Source: Azolla caroliniana
Taxonomy: Eukaryota; Plantae; Polypodiophyta
Assembly: GCA_043228905.1 (NCBI GenBank)
Contig: JBHGNT010000002.1
Coordinates: 13,888,001-13,952,000, forward strand
Length of the DNA: 64,000 bases
Direction of reading: 5' to 3'
The notes beneath the pieces are model-generated. The model saw nothing but the letters and a program-made list of their open reading frames with translations, had not been told where the DNA came from and ran no database searches. Shown here one piece after another: positions 1 through 12,500 of the stretch. Position 1 is the stretch's first letter. Every line of letters starts with the position of its first letter. Position numbers and translations under genes: made by a program.

Positions 1-150
1 GAATAGAGGCAAGAAGATATAACAGAAGATAGACACGATTTAAGCTTTAATGGAAGCTGTATTATTGCATTTGTTCTCTCTTTCTCTAAGATCGCTATAC
101 ACGATGATCAAGAAGTTCTTCTTTTACAATGTTAGGCTATTGCTTATATA

Positions 151-420
151 CTAAGCCCTAACTCTTTTGGACGAGTTCACATTAGGATACAAATTGGAAG
201 GAGTTGGCCTTTTATGCCAACAATTGGTATCCAACTCTTGCTCAATGTGTTTGGATGGAGATGAATTGGGTTCATACCATGATGACGATTCGTCAAAGAA
301 AACATCCCAACTCACATCAATCTTTTGGGTAGTTGCTCGATTGAGTATCCCATGAGAATGCATTTTTCCAATTTCAAATCGAGCTTTTGCCTTTTCTCAT
401 CGGCAATCTACACGAATGTA
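151..420 (-). pseudogene. Decayed Ty1/copia integrase C-terminal fragment
   Basis: IDVSWDVFFDESSSWY resembles the copia 'VSRDVVFDE' motif. Confidence 0.55.
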
Positions 421-1128
421 ATAAAAAACTTGAAGTTGAACTGAACCAAACCAAACCTTTGAGCCGTTAAGCCGTGGTTCAATTCAAACCGTTGTCAATT
501 GTTATTCATCTCTATTGACTTTCATGTATAGTTTCTCCTTGTCTCTATAAGGCCTCCCTTTCAACTTTCTTTGTACTAGACCATCTATTGCTTTCCTTAT
601 GTTTTTTTTGTTTGACTAGAGATTTTGACACCCTTGGATGATAGTATTTCCAATAGAAACCAATTATTAATCTTATGATGCCTTTCATTTAATTTTCTTA
701 TAGCTTGCTTTAACATATTAATAATAGCTTCTCTAGTTTGTCTGACACGACATTTTTTTGAAGTTCAAGAAATTTCGTTTGTCATGAATCACAATACTTT
801 CAACTATTTGATGGTTCCCATTCGAAATAGACAAAGCTTCTTGCCAAGATCTTACCAACTCCTTACCACATACAGAGTGTTGAACCTAATAGGAGTGCAC
901 TCAATTAGAAATTGTTACCATGATGCCTTAATATTAGTTCCTCTATGCACCAATGCTTTCGCAATAAAATGTTGCATTATAAATAACCATGGCTGCTTTT
1001 CTCAACACATCCCACAATAATAATAATAATAATAAATATTCATACTCAACATTGGTGAACGCCCTAGTTCATTGGGAGTAGTTGAAAATTGCCACATTGC
1101 TTGTATTGCCATCTTTGTTTTTGGAAGT

Positions 1129-1584
1129 TATTAGAGACATGTACTAAAGTAAGCATTAGATAAGGATAGATCTAGGTAGATAGAAAGAAAGGAGAGAGAG
1201 AAAGAAGGGTGCCGATCCACCCGACCACCCCCGAACGAAGGGATCGAGACAAACTTGAGCCTCGATCGGCGTCCCATACCACCATCGTAGCGTCAAGTCG
1301 TACCTGGTGCTGGCGCGCTTGCTACAAGAGTTGACCCACCACAAGACAGATCTCGACGTAGTCAACAAGATAGTCAAATGAGGGTAGCTAGGCCTCTTAT
1401 TTATAGTGATACCCAAGGCCCCCGAACCAGTTCACACTTGGCCTAATGGGTTGTCTCAATCCCGAGGATTTAAAAGTAATCCTCCCCTTCTTTACACTCT
1501 CGTTTAACCCTCACACTTATCCACGTGTATAGAATACTACGGTAAATTCTCACCACGGGATATTATATGGTTATGCTCGTAACA
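1129..1584 (-). repeat. Element A 3' LTR
   Basis: Direct repeat of 7738-8194, adjacent to the PPT. Confidence 0.93.
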
Positions 1585-4500
1585 TACTCCCCCTCTTTAA
1601 AACATTGCACTCTTGTAATGGAAAGTTAGGGAAGTTAGTTCTGAAAGTATTCTCGCGTTCCCATGTGGCATCTTTTATTGATTTATCCATCCATTTTATT
1701 TTAAATTCTGGGATTTCTTTAGAACGTAATTTTTTTGTTTTAACATCGAGAATTCTTTCTGGTACATGTGGTTTAGAAGATACATCTTCAGAAGTAACCA
1801 GAGTTTCAGTTGTAACTGTATTGTCACCAAAACCTAGAAGTTCTTTTAGACAACTCACATGAAAAACTAGATTAATTCCAACACCATCGGGAAGAGCGAG
1901 ACGATAGGCTGATGACCCAATGCGTTTGAGGACTGTAAAAGGTCCACAAAACCGTGGGGCTAACGTAGCGCACTTATCCGTAGACAATGTCTTAGAATTG
2001 TGAGGTACATGTAAAAATACCTTCTGTCCAGGGTTGAATACACGAGGTTGGCTATGATGGTCTGCATAAAAACACGCTCTATCTTGAGCTATTTTTATAT
2101 TATCTCGTGCAATATGCAACATATCTTGCATATCCTGAAGAAAGTTTTGCGTACTTCGCAACTCATCATGATGTATATTAACATCAATCGGGGCTCATGG
2201 CTGAAAACCATACATCAACATAAAAGGATTATATCTCGTCGACGTATGCTTGGAGCTGTTATAAGAAAACTCCAAAATTGGGAGATAACGTTCCCATTTT
2301 GTCGGTTTTATACCAACATATGCTCGAAGCATGTCCTCAATAATTTGATTTACTCGTTCTGTTTGTCCATCGGATTCAGGATGATCCGTGGAGCTCATGC
2401 TCAACGTAGTTTCTAACTTCTTGAAGACTTGCGTCCAAAAGTCACTAGTAAACTTTGGATCTCAATCACTCACGATATCCATCGGCAACCCATAAAAACG
2501 AAATAACTCGTCCACGAATTGGTAAGCCAATTTAGGAGTTGTTACCGTGGTTTTAGTAGCAATAAATCTGGCCATTTTAGTTAGTCGATCAACCACAACC
2601 CAGATGGCATCATGGCCTTTTTGGGTGCAAGGAAGGCTAACAATAAAATCCATGGATATACTTTCCCACTTATTGTTGGGAATATCCAAGGGATGTAAAA
2701 GTCTTGCGGCTTTAAGTCGCTCGACTTTGTTAACCTGACATTGGTGACATTTAGTCACATAGTTATGTATGTCAGGGCGCATCTTAGGCCAATAAAATTG
2801 AGTGAAGATGAGAACGAGTGTACGATGTATTCCAGGGTGCCCTGCTGAGGGTGCATCATGGCATTCAAAAAGAATTCTCTTTTTGACCTCAGGTAAATCT
2901 GGAACACAAACCTTCCCATTATGGTAGAGCAGACCGTTAGCAATGTGGAAGTATTCCTTCGAGGATGTGGTGGTGTCTATTCTAGACTCAACTCTTGCCC
3001 AGTATTTTACAAAGTAATTGTCATCAGGATACTTTCCTCGAAGTTGATCATAAAGATCTGATGATATTTCAGTGAAGCTAAGCATGTTAACTTCACGGAT
3101 GCGACTTAGTGCATCAGCGATAGTATTCATGGAACCTTTACGATATCATATGGAAAAATCAAAGTCCTAGATGAGATCAACCCATCGTGCCTTACGATCT
3201 TTCAGGGCTTGTTGGTCACAAAAATATTTCAAGGACTCGTGATCCGTAGTTACCACAAAGAGATTTCCATAAAGATAATGGCGCCATGTTTTGAGCGCAT
3301 GTATAACTGCAAATAATTCCTTTTCTTGAACAGTATACCGACATTGAGCAGAATCAAGTTTCTTACTCTCGAATGCTATTGGTTTACCATCTTGATATAA
3401 GACAGCACCTATAGCATAATCGCTTGCATCGATTTCAACCTCAAAAGGTTTTGAAGGATCGGGTAAAAGAAGTGAAGGAGCCTTGCATACCAGGTCCTTG
3501 AGTTCCTTAAAGGCGAGGTCTAGTGTAGCATTCCACACAATAGGTTTTGTAGAATTACGCGTTTGACCTTTTAAAAGATCAGTAAACGGCGTCGTCAATT
3601 AGGAGTAATTACGAAGGGATTTTCGCAAAAACCCGACAAAACCAAGGAATGATCGAACTTCTCGAATATTTCGAAGAGTGGGCCAATTCAGGAGTTTCTC
3701 GATGCGAGAAGGATCAATTTCAACTCCTCGTTCGGTTATGAGATGTCCAAGATAAGTAATTGATTTCTTGAAGAACTCACATTTTGAGATCTTCGCATAA
3801 AACTGTTTGTCATGCAATGTTTGTAAAACAAAGCGGACATGTTTCGCATGTTCTTGTAATGTACAGCTATAAACTAAAATATCATCCAAGAAATAACGAT
3901 GAATTTTCCAAGTTGTTCTCGGAAAATGTCATTCATTTCTTGTTGAAATGTAGCCAGAGCATTGGTCAAACCAAAAGGCATAACCAGAAACTCATAATGT
4001 CCATAGTGCGTACGAAATGCCGTTTTAGGAACATCGTCCTCACTTATACGAATTTGATGGTAGCTAGTACGGAGATCAAATTTCGTAAAATACCGAGTTC
4101 CCTGGAGATGGTCAATTAGATTGTCAACCCGGGGCAATGGATACAAATTCTTGATCGTCACTTTATTCAAGCGTCGGTAATTAATACACATACGCCATGT
4201 GCCCTCTTTCTTTTTAACCAAGAGAACTGATACACCCCATGGAGATTTACTATAACGTATATAACCCATTCGTAAATAGTCCTTGAGTTGCTTAGATACC
4301 TCATCCTCTTCGGATCGACTTAAGCGATAAGGAGGTATACTTATTGGTGCAACACCAGGTACAATATCTATACGATGGTCTATATTACGTTTAGGAGGTA
4401 AGCCATCTGGTAGTTCACTCGGAAAAACATCACGAAAATCATTTAAGATTTCATCAAGTTGTTGTTGTTCAAAATATGTTAATTGAACCGAGACATTATC

Positions 4501-6003
4501 GATATTGTAAACGTGAATGTCCGAATCAAGTACACAATAAAATAGAGTAGAACAAGACAACTCGGATATTGATGAACACGAGGAGACAATCGAGAGGGAT
4601 TGTTTTTTTAGACATTGAATAAAATGAGTACAATCGTTCAGTACAAATGTAATTGAATGATGAACCCAATCAATAGATAAAGAAGAGCTTTTATTATAGA
4701 ACCAGGGATAACCCAGTATTACATCGGTGGTACAAAGATTCATTACATGGAAGTCTACTTCCTCTATGTAAGTGTCAATAGAAATTCCTAATGAATGAAT
4801 CGCCCCGTTGATGTACTGTACTCTTCCATCAGCCAAGTGCACCGTGTAGGTGTGATCACTTACAGTGGGTTGGATTCCCCATATCTGAACCAAACGATCA
4901 TTCACAAAATTGTGTGAGCTTCCCGAATCAAATAAAAATTGTACGGGAGATCCATTGATATACCCGTTTGCACATAGTAAATCATTGGAACCCAATACAT
5001 AGTGAGGGAAAGAACATTGACAATTACTTAAATGATGTGTATAGACCTGAAGGACATTAGGAATCTGACCTTTATGGTCTGTAGTTTTAGCTTTGTTGTC
5101 GTGCTCTTTCTGTTGGAGCTTTCGACATTGCTCTTTTGTATGACCCTTCTTTTTGCAGAATACGCAAAAAGGATGTTGTCGCTTACAGTCGCGATCCATG
5201 AATTCGTTGGGTGACTTGCGTTTCTCAGCGAATTGCGACTGCTTAGTCCCGGGCGCTTCGTTGGGTTTATTGTGGTCTTTCTTCGAAGTGCGTTGATAGC
5301 GAAGAACTATTTCAACGGCCTCTTCGAAGGATTTTGGATCCTTATCGTGCACTATCCAGTGATAGTCCGAATTGGGGATGCCACTGACAAAACAAGTTAT
5401 TAACCAATTTTCCCCTTCTAGACTCGACTTTTGGATTTGGGTTCTAGCATGGTGGACATAATCTTCTAGCGAGGAAAATTTCCGACTAGAGAGGTTCATT
5501 AAAGCTTGTCCTGCTTCGGTTTGAGAGGGAGGTTGCAGAAATTGGCCCTTGAAAACTATGACAAAATCTGTCCAGGTGTCGGGCAATTTCCCCAACGTAC
5601 GGAGCCCATGCCACCAGGCGGCGGCCTTACCCCCTAGTTCTCGGCCGACATATGCAATCTTCGTACTATCTGGCGTGGGATAGATCTCAAAATGAGACTC
5701 CCATCGGCCCAGCCACGTGTAGATTGCTTCTTCGGTTCTTTCCTTTTTGTCTCCCGTAAATGGATTAACGACAAAAGATGGTTCACCCTGTCACTCATCA
5801 GGTCTATTAGTGTCACGTTGTAGACTAATGACACGTGCCTTGAGGGCACTTTGAAATTGCCGAAGTTCGGTCATCTGTTGAGCGGTGAAACTAAGGTATT
5901 GGGTTATTTGCGAAAAATACATCTCAATGGACATTTGTCCAGGAGGATTCCCTTGAGTCCCTTCCGCTTGAGCGGATGACATCAGGTCGTTATTTTGAGC
6001 CAT
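1571..6003 (-). pseudogene. Element A gag-pol (Gag, PR, RT, RNase H, integrase, chromodomain) broken by stops and frameshifts
   Basis: [14 protein letters not shown] knuckle; [10 protein letters not shown] protease; VMPFGLTNA and MDD RT; DASDYAIGAVL RNase H; HDAPSAGH..CHQC integrase; PERILDVK..FKIKWMDKSIKDATWE chromodomain. Domain order is gypsy. Confidence 0.93.
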
Positions 6004-7131
6004 TAAATGAATATTTCTGGAAAAGAAATAGGATAAGGTCAGAGAGATAGTCATAACATCATGTCGTGATGTAATCATATCATGGGCAAACATTAATCGA
6101 TATCATGATCTCACGTCAATACCCCTCTAGACGTATGAGATGAGGTTCAAGATCAAGTTACTATGGTAACACAAAGGTGTTTTAAAAACCATGGGGGTGA
6201 CAAATAAATGTCTTTCCCTTATCTCTATATCGATTTTTTCATGGTGGCTCCCCGAGGCTCAACCATGTATGTTCGCATCATGAATAGTTTATACACGAAA
6301 AAAATGTTAACAATAAAATATGTTTCTGTGCCCACATATGTGGTTTCGGCTGACCTCAAGTCTAAACATGTGTTATAATCATATGTATCAACGATGTTGT
6401 ATGGTCTTGGTCATATTTGAACTTGAGACCTCGAGAACATATACATTAAACACTTGAGCCAACCAAGTAGGTTGCTCTTCTTGAATGTTTAATGTTTCAT
6501 GCGTATAAGATATATGCGAGGCATTTGCCCATATATGTTTTTTTAAAAGAAACATATATGTCAAGAGTCCTTATTTTGCCCTCATTTATTACAACTATGT
6601 TGGTACGTTACCTAACCTCAAGTCTCGTAATTACGATGGCATACGCCAAAGTGCAACCTTATGGTCAAGCCAAATGAGCCCTCTTTTCGTAGTAGGCCCA
6701 CGTGGCCCATCACATGGTCATGTCATTACGAATGCCTCTCGTAAGAATGATCTCATGGTGGCATCATATCCATGTAATGAGGGAGGGATGTTAGATACGT
6801 GTGTCATAAGAGCGACCTCACATGAAGTGGGTCAAACCCTACGTACTCAACATCATTATGGCTATTGGTGTTTCTTTACGTAACGAAATATCGAAGTCAC
6901 CAATGGGGATTTCAACAATAAAAAATTGTTGAAAAAAGGGATGGTGACAACACGATTCTCACAAAAATGTGAGGACGGCCACCAAGAACCTTTCCCTGAA
7001 AAGGAAAACATTCGATTTAAAATCACGTAATAACTTATATACACATATGTATATTATCACATATACACAATCAACTACGTATACACGTGACCACATATGC
7101 CTATATTAAAGAAATCGTTATATTTAATAGC

Positions 7132-7495
7132 CAAAAATGACATAATCGAGATGCGTAATCGAGGCATATACCTCTACGCACACGAGACATCCAATAATAA
7201 GGTTCAACCAAAAATGACGTAATCGAGATACGTAATCGAGGCATATACCTCTACGCACACGAGACATCCAATAATAAGGGTTTAACGTAATACACAATTG
7301 AGGTATTGACCTCTTATGCATACGAGACCAAATGCATATCATTTACAACAAAATTGAGGTGTTGACCTCATACGCAAACGTAACATATGTTCGTGAACGT
7401 AATACGTAATTGAGGTATTAACCTCGTACGCATACGACACTCATCACATATTATTTATATGTCAAATGAGGTATTGACCTCGTGCACATATGTAA
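7132..7495. repeat. Six-unit hairpin repeat array in the element A 5' leader
   Basis: Core GAGGY-N4-ACCTC at 7161, 7238, 7300, 7356, 7412, 7468; the last four are exactly 56 bp apart. Confidence 0.85.
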
Positions 7496-7737
7496 GCGTT
7501 TTAGATAACCAATTAAATACCACTACAACATCATTTGATTAATGAAAATAATCTACATATTAACCATACACATGATTAGATGGGGGAAGAAAAAATTGAC
7601 CAAAAATATCAAGAAAGATTACCGAAGTTCCTTGTTTATCCTTTTGCATGAAGGCCAACCGCACAACGATCGATCGCCATTCATCGAGAAGATAAGACCA
7701 ACAAAAGCAACATTAGTACAAAGGCTCGGATACCAAA

Positions 7738-8194
7738 TATTAGAGACATGTACTGAAGTAAGCATTAGATAAGGATAGATCTAGGTAGATAGAAAGAAAG
7801 GAGAGAGAGAAAGAAGGGTGCCGATCCACCCGACCACCCCCGAGCGAAGGGATCGAGACGAACTTGAGCCTCGATCGACGTCCCATACCACCATCGTAGC
7901 GTCAAGTCGTACCTGGTGCTGGCGCGCTCGCTACAAGAGTTGACCCACCACAAGACAGAGTCTCGACGTAGTCAACAAGATAGTCAAATGAGGGTAGCTA
8001 GGCCTCTTATTTATAGCGATACCCAAGGCCCCCAGGCAAGTTCACACTTGGCCTAATGGGTTGTCTCAATCCCGAGGATTTAAAAGTAATCCTCCCCTTC
8101 TTTACACTCTCGTTTAACCCTCACACTTATCCACATGTATAGAATACTACGGTAAATTCTCACTACGGGATATTATATGATCATGCTCGTAACA
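7738..8194 (-). repeat. Element A 5' LTR
   Basis: Direct repeat of 1129-1584, adjacent to the PBS. Confidence 0.93.
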
Positions 8195-8449
8195 AAAGTA
8201 ATAGTAAAAAAAATAGAAGTCTACGTTCCAAAGTGTGTAACAAAACTTTGATTGAGACATCTAATACATAGAATTGTCCTTCAAATCTCCCAATCTACTC
8301 CATTAATTGAGATTACTACATCAACTTCAAAGGATATCCCAAATGTTGGACGCTATTAATCACTAATCTTTGCCATACCAAACTTTGCAACTTGATTTCA
8401 ATACAAGATACCAAATGAGACTTGCTCCCATTTATTTGTAACCTCATAG

Positions 8450-8840
8450 CCCGGTTTCGGTTCGGTTTCAGTTTGGGGGGTGAACAGTTTGGTTTGGTTC
8501 GATTTCAACTATTAAACACCGTGGTTAAAACAATTTAAATGGTTTAATGGTTTTTATTTTTTATTTTTTTATAATGTTTTTAAACAATCTTTTCCTTTTT
8601 AAGCCTAAATTTGATCAAATTTAGGAAAATCTTTAAATTTTTGAAAATTTTAAATTTTAAATAATGAAAAAAAAATTACAATTTTAAATTTTAAATTTGA
8701 ATTTTAATCTAAGTTGAAAACCGAAACCAAACCACAAAACCACAATTTTACAATTTCGATTCAAACAGTTTCATAGTTCGGTTCAAGTTTCAAAAATTTT
8801 AAACGGTTCAGTTTTGACACTCTCAGACCCAACCCGATTG
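8450..8840. mobile_element. MITE-like / non-autonomous DNA transposon remnant
   Basis: Clustered (C)GGTT and AACCG motifs around an AT-rich core; similar motifs at about 430-495; termini not resolved. Confidence 0.4.
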
Positions 8841-9282
8841 CTAGAAATGAAGCAAAAAGGGAAACCAATTGGACCACATTTTTATGGAAAATCAAGGACA
8901 TTAATCTTCAAGTTCTATGCAGTCTAGAAAGCTATAACAAACATCACCACCTGATTTTGCTTGCATTAGCTAAAATATAGATATACTAAAATATTACTAT
9001 ACTTCACATGCAAACTGTTGCTTTAACACTGCTACATCTGTTGTATTTACATAGGGAAAACATACAGTTGCCTGGGCCATACAATTTGAACCTTTGAAAC
9101 TATGCTAAAGTTGATGTTCTCAATTTACAACTGTTTGGTCTCAAAACACTTCTGAAGTAGACTTTACATTGGCATGCTTTGTGGAAATTCTGAAGAGGAA
9201 GAAACTGACTTCACCATAGTCTGTGAAAGGTATCACGAGAGGAATACTGATTGTCCAGATGTGAGATAGCTGCAAGTTTCTC

Positions 9283-9510
9283 TTAGAACGGAGTTTGGCA
9301 GAGAGGGCATGTAGACTTGTGTGAAGTGGAGAACCACTTGTACAAGCATGCTGCATGAAATTTGTGTTTGCATGTTTTACACGCTAACCGTGGTAGACTA
9401 TGATTTGCTGTGTGAATGATGCTGTAACATATTGGACATTCTTCTACACCCTCAAACTCTCGATCAACATTTTGCTTCCATATCTGTATTGCCTCTGCAA
9501 CTGCACCATT
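9283..9510 (-). CDS. LTN1: LTN1 exon 16 (RING domain, stop)
   Basis: [37 protein letters not shown]; TAA at 9283-9285; missed by the ORF track. Confidence 0.92.
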   Translation of the reverse strand, partial: NGAVAEAIQIWKQNVDREFEGVEECPICYSIIHTANHSLPRLACKTCKHKFHAACLYKWFSTSHKSTCPLCQTPF

Positions 9511-12500
9511 CTAGAAACAAAAACAAGACAAGAAGTATAAATTATTGGTAAAGACACAACCAGTCCGCAAGAAAAGCCTAGATTCTTCTCTCCTACTCTT
9601 GATGATCCAGTAGAAGCATCTCATTGACACAAGACATCAAGCTTTTAGTCATACATTAGCTGGTGGAATGAATCTCTATATTCGGTGCATCATTCAAGTC
9701 TATCCAATATTCATAGAGGTAAACATTTATACTGTCTAGGTAAATTCTGGAGAATCAAACACTTAAAACTACCTGATTCCTCAAAAATGCAGCCATTGAA
9801 AGCATCCACTTCCGGAGTCTCGTCTCACTGATCCCAAGCCGCCTTGTACAATCTATATCTACAGCTCGAAGGGGATAGCACTTTGGCAACCGTATTAGCA
9901 TATCCATACCTGCTTCTTCCTTCTTATACACAACAGTCACTTCACCAATATTTTGGTTTGCCTTAATTGTCAAGGTTTCATCTCCCAAAGTAGATTTATA
10001 AACCTGTAATATTCCACATGTTAGAATGCTTGAAGTGATCTTTACTAAATCAGTTATTCCAGATGTTAGAATGCTTGAAGTGATCTTTACTAAACCAGTT
10101 ATCTATATGTAGAAGGAGAAATGAAATGTCATATTAACTTCTTCAAAAGACTACATTACATCATGAATCTTATGAAACTAATCTTAATGCTTCTTTGGCA
10201 TAATTGGATTGCTTTTCTTTTTGCGAAGCAAAATGGAATAGCCCAGCATATACAGACATTAAGAGGTCTACTTGGTAGTGATATAGTATTCATATAACGC
10301 ATATCTAACTGGTAGTTGATCTACTGGAGAGTCCACGCCACTAGCACATGAGAATGAGTGTGAAAGATGTTGTCTAAAAATCTGACATGGTCTCACTACA
10401 CTAAGGGACTGCAACAGAAAAAAAGGAACTCAGAAATATGAGCAGGAAAAGAAGATCACTGAAGAGAGTTAGGAATTGGGGTGAGGTGTCATTGCTGAGC
10501 CAAACTCCAATAAAGCTGTCGTGGCAGATGCAGGGGTTGAACCATTTCATGAATTCATCATCTCTTTGCAACATTGAGCTTCATTTCTATATTCCAGAGC
10601 AAAGTTGCATGTAGTAAGGATTGGCCATGTTATGGTCGGTATTTGAAGAGATTACATACCATTTACTAGTAATTTATTACCCGTTGGCATCATTGAAGGC
10701 AAATCTTATTCTGAGAGGAACACAACCTACAAAATTAGTTTACAGGTGGAACTCTCAAACTGGGGCGCTTGTGAGGAAAGGAAGGGACTTTCTCCACTTT
10801 AAAGTGCAGATAAATCAGAATCATGTGAAGCACAAATTTCAATGGAAAAAACCATGACGAGGGGAGTCATATGAAAATATGAAACGATTTAAACCTTCAA
10901 CGGGCCCACGCAGGAACAACTCCAATGTATTACTTGATATCCCATTCACTAGGGGGGACATCCGACATGTTTCTTAAAGCATGCAATGCATTCATACACA
11001 TTTCATGTTTTTCCACTCATGACAAACATTTTCGTTACAGAATGTTAAAACCCTTAATATATGAATATTTACCTGAGAGAACTCCTCATCCAATAATTGT
11101 GGACTACAATATTTTGTCGTAAACAGTTCTATCAAATTAGCACGAGACCGATCTCGCAATCCTGTAAACCATACTCTCACACATGCTGGTAAGACTTGTA
11201 GTACTAAACCATACAATCCAGAAGCAAGGACGGACATAGTTCCTTCATTTAAAGGCCACAGGCCCTCGACAGCAAACGAGACAGAGCCTACAGCACAAGC
11301 TCTTCTTGCAGCCTCCCCTAGCCTATCTATTTCACCTTGCCAAATGGTAGATTCTCTTCTCCGCAATGAGCCTATTTCTGACTTTAGTTGAATGTGCTGA
11401 AACACAAGATCAAGAAGAGTGAAAGTGATAGATGTATCTTGCAAGTATTGCACTAGTCTTTCTCCGCCAGATGATGACACTGATATGAATCGGAGATACT
11501 TGAGAAATATTGCCCAAGCCAGATAATATTTCACCTGAAGCATAATGTAATAGTATATCTTTCAATGAGACATGATGTAAAGACATTACACACATGACAT
11601 AAATTCATAAATTTTAACTAACTTTTAATTTCAATTTCAATTTCTGTGTATTACACCCAAACGTAGAAGAGTGTGTGTGCATGTGTGTGTTTTGCTTACA
11701 GCATGGATACATCAATGAATGTACAAACATTACCCGAAGTGGTGATGTAAGTGAGCTGTTAACAATGGTTGTAGCGGGCGTCTCCAAAACTACAGCAAGC
11801 TCATGCCTTAACTTCGCGATTTGTTCAGATTTCCTCTCCTTCATCTCAACGTTTAATGCTTCATCATCTAGTTGCTGTTGTGACGGTGAGAAATCCTCAG
11901 AAGTGATCGCAGATTTTTGGAAATCGGAACTTGTTAACAAGCTATACACAGCATGTTGCAGTGCCCCTAATGGACACCACGAAAATAATAAAGCATAAAG
12001 AGCTCTCACAGAATCTTTCCCCACAGTCCAAACGTTCAAGTTAACTGCAGCTTCCCTCTTCTCTACATCAGACATGCTCAGAACTATCTCAGAAAGATTC
12101 TCCCAAAACTGAAAATGGGAAGCCCTTGACATTGCAATAACCTCACTCAATTGTTCTCCACCAGAAGAATCCTTTACGATAGATTCAGTCATCCCACTTG
12201 AAAATAAAATACGTAGAATATATTTGAGAGCTCTATCCTTGGCTTTTGCCCAATCATTTGATTCTAGATGCCTCACAGATATACATGAATCAGCTGAAGT
12301 TGGCAGTTCAAGTGCACGTACTAGAGAGAATATGAAAATGGCAGTCCAACTTAGATCACTTCTGCTACCAGGTCGTGTAACTTCTGTTTTCAACTTTCTA
12401 TGAATATTAGAGATAAATGACTCCTTCTCTGGTTCATTTATTTCTTTCTGAAGAGAATCAGTCACAAGTTGCATAAAGTTTTCTGCTTCATAAAGTGCAG

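Larger units (their letters stand above)
1129..8194 (-). mobile_element. Element A: full-length but disabled Ty3/gypsy chromovirus
   Basis: LTRs 1129-1584 and 7738-8194 (about 14 substitutions and 1 indel by eye); TSD gaagt/aaagt; PBS TGGTATCCGAGCC (iMet type) 7723-7735; PPT AAAGAGGGGGAGTA 1585-1598. Confidence 0.95.

Noticed and set aside
7132-7495. CRISPR array interpretation of the hairpin array
   Set aside because: Eukaryotic retrotransposon leader with no cas genes; repeats are degenerate and linkers partly homologous. Kept as a structural array.
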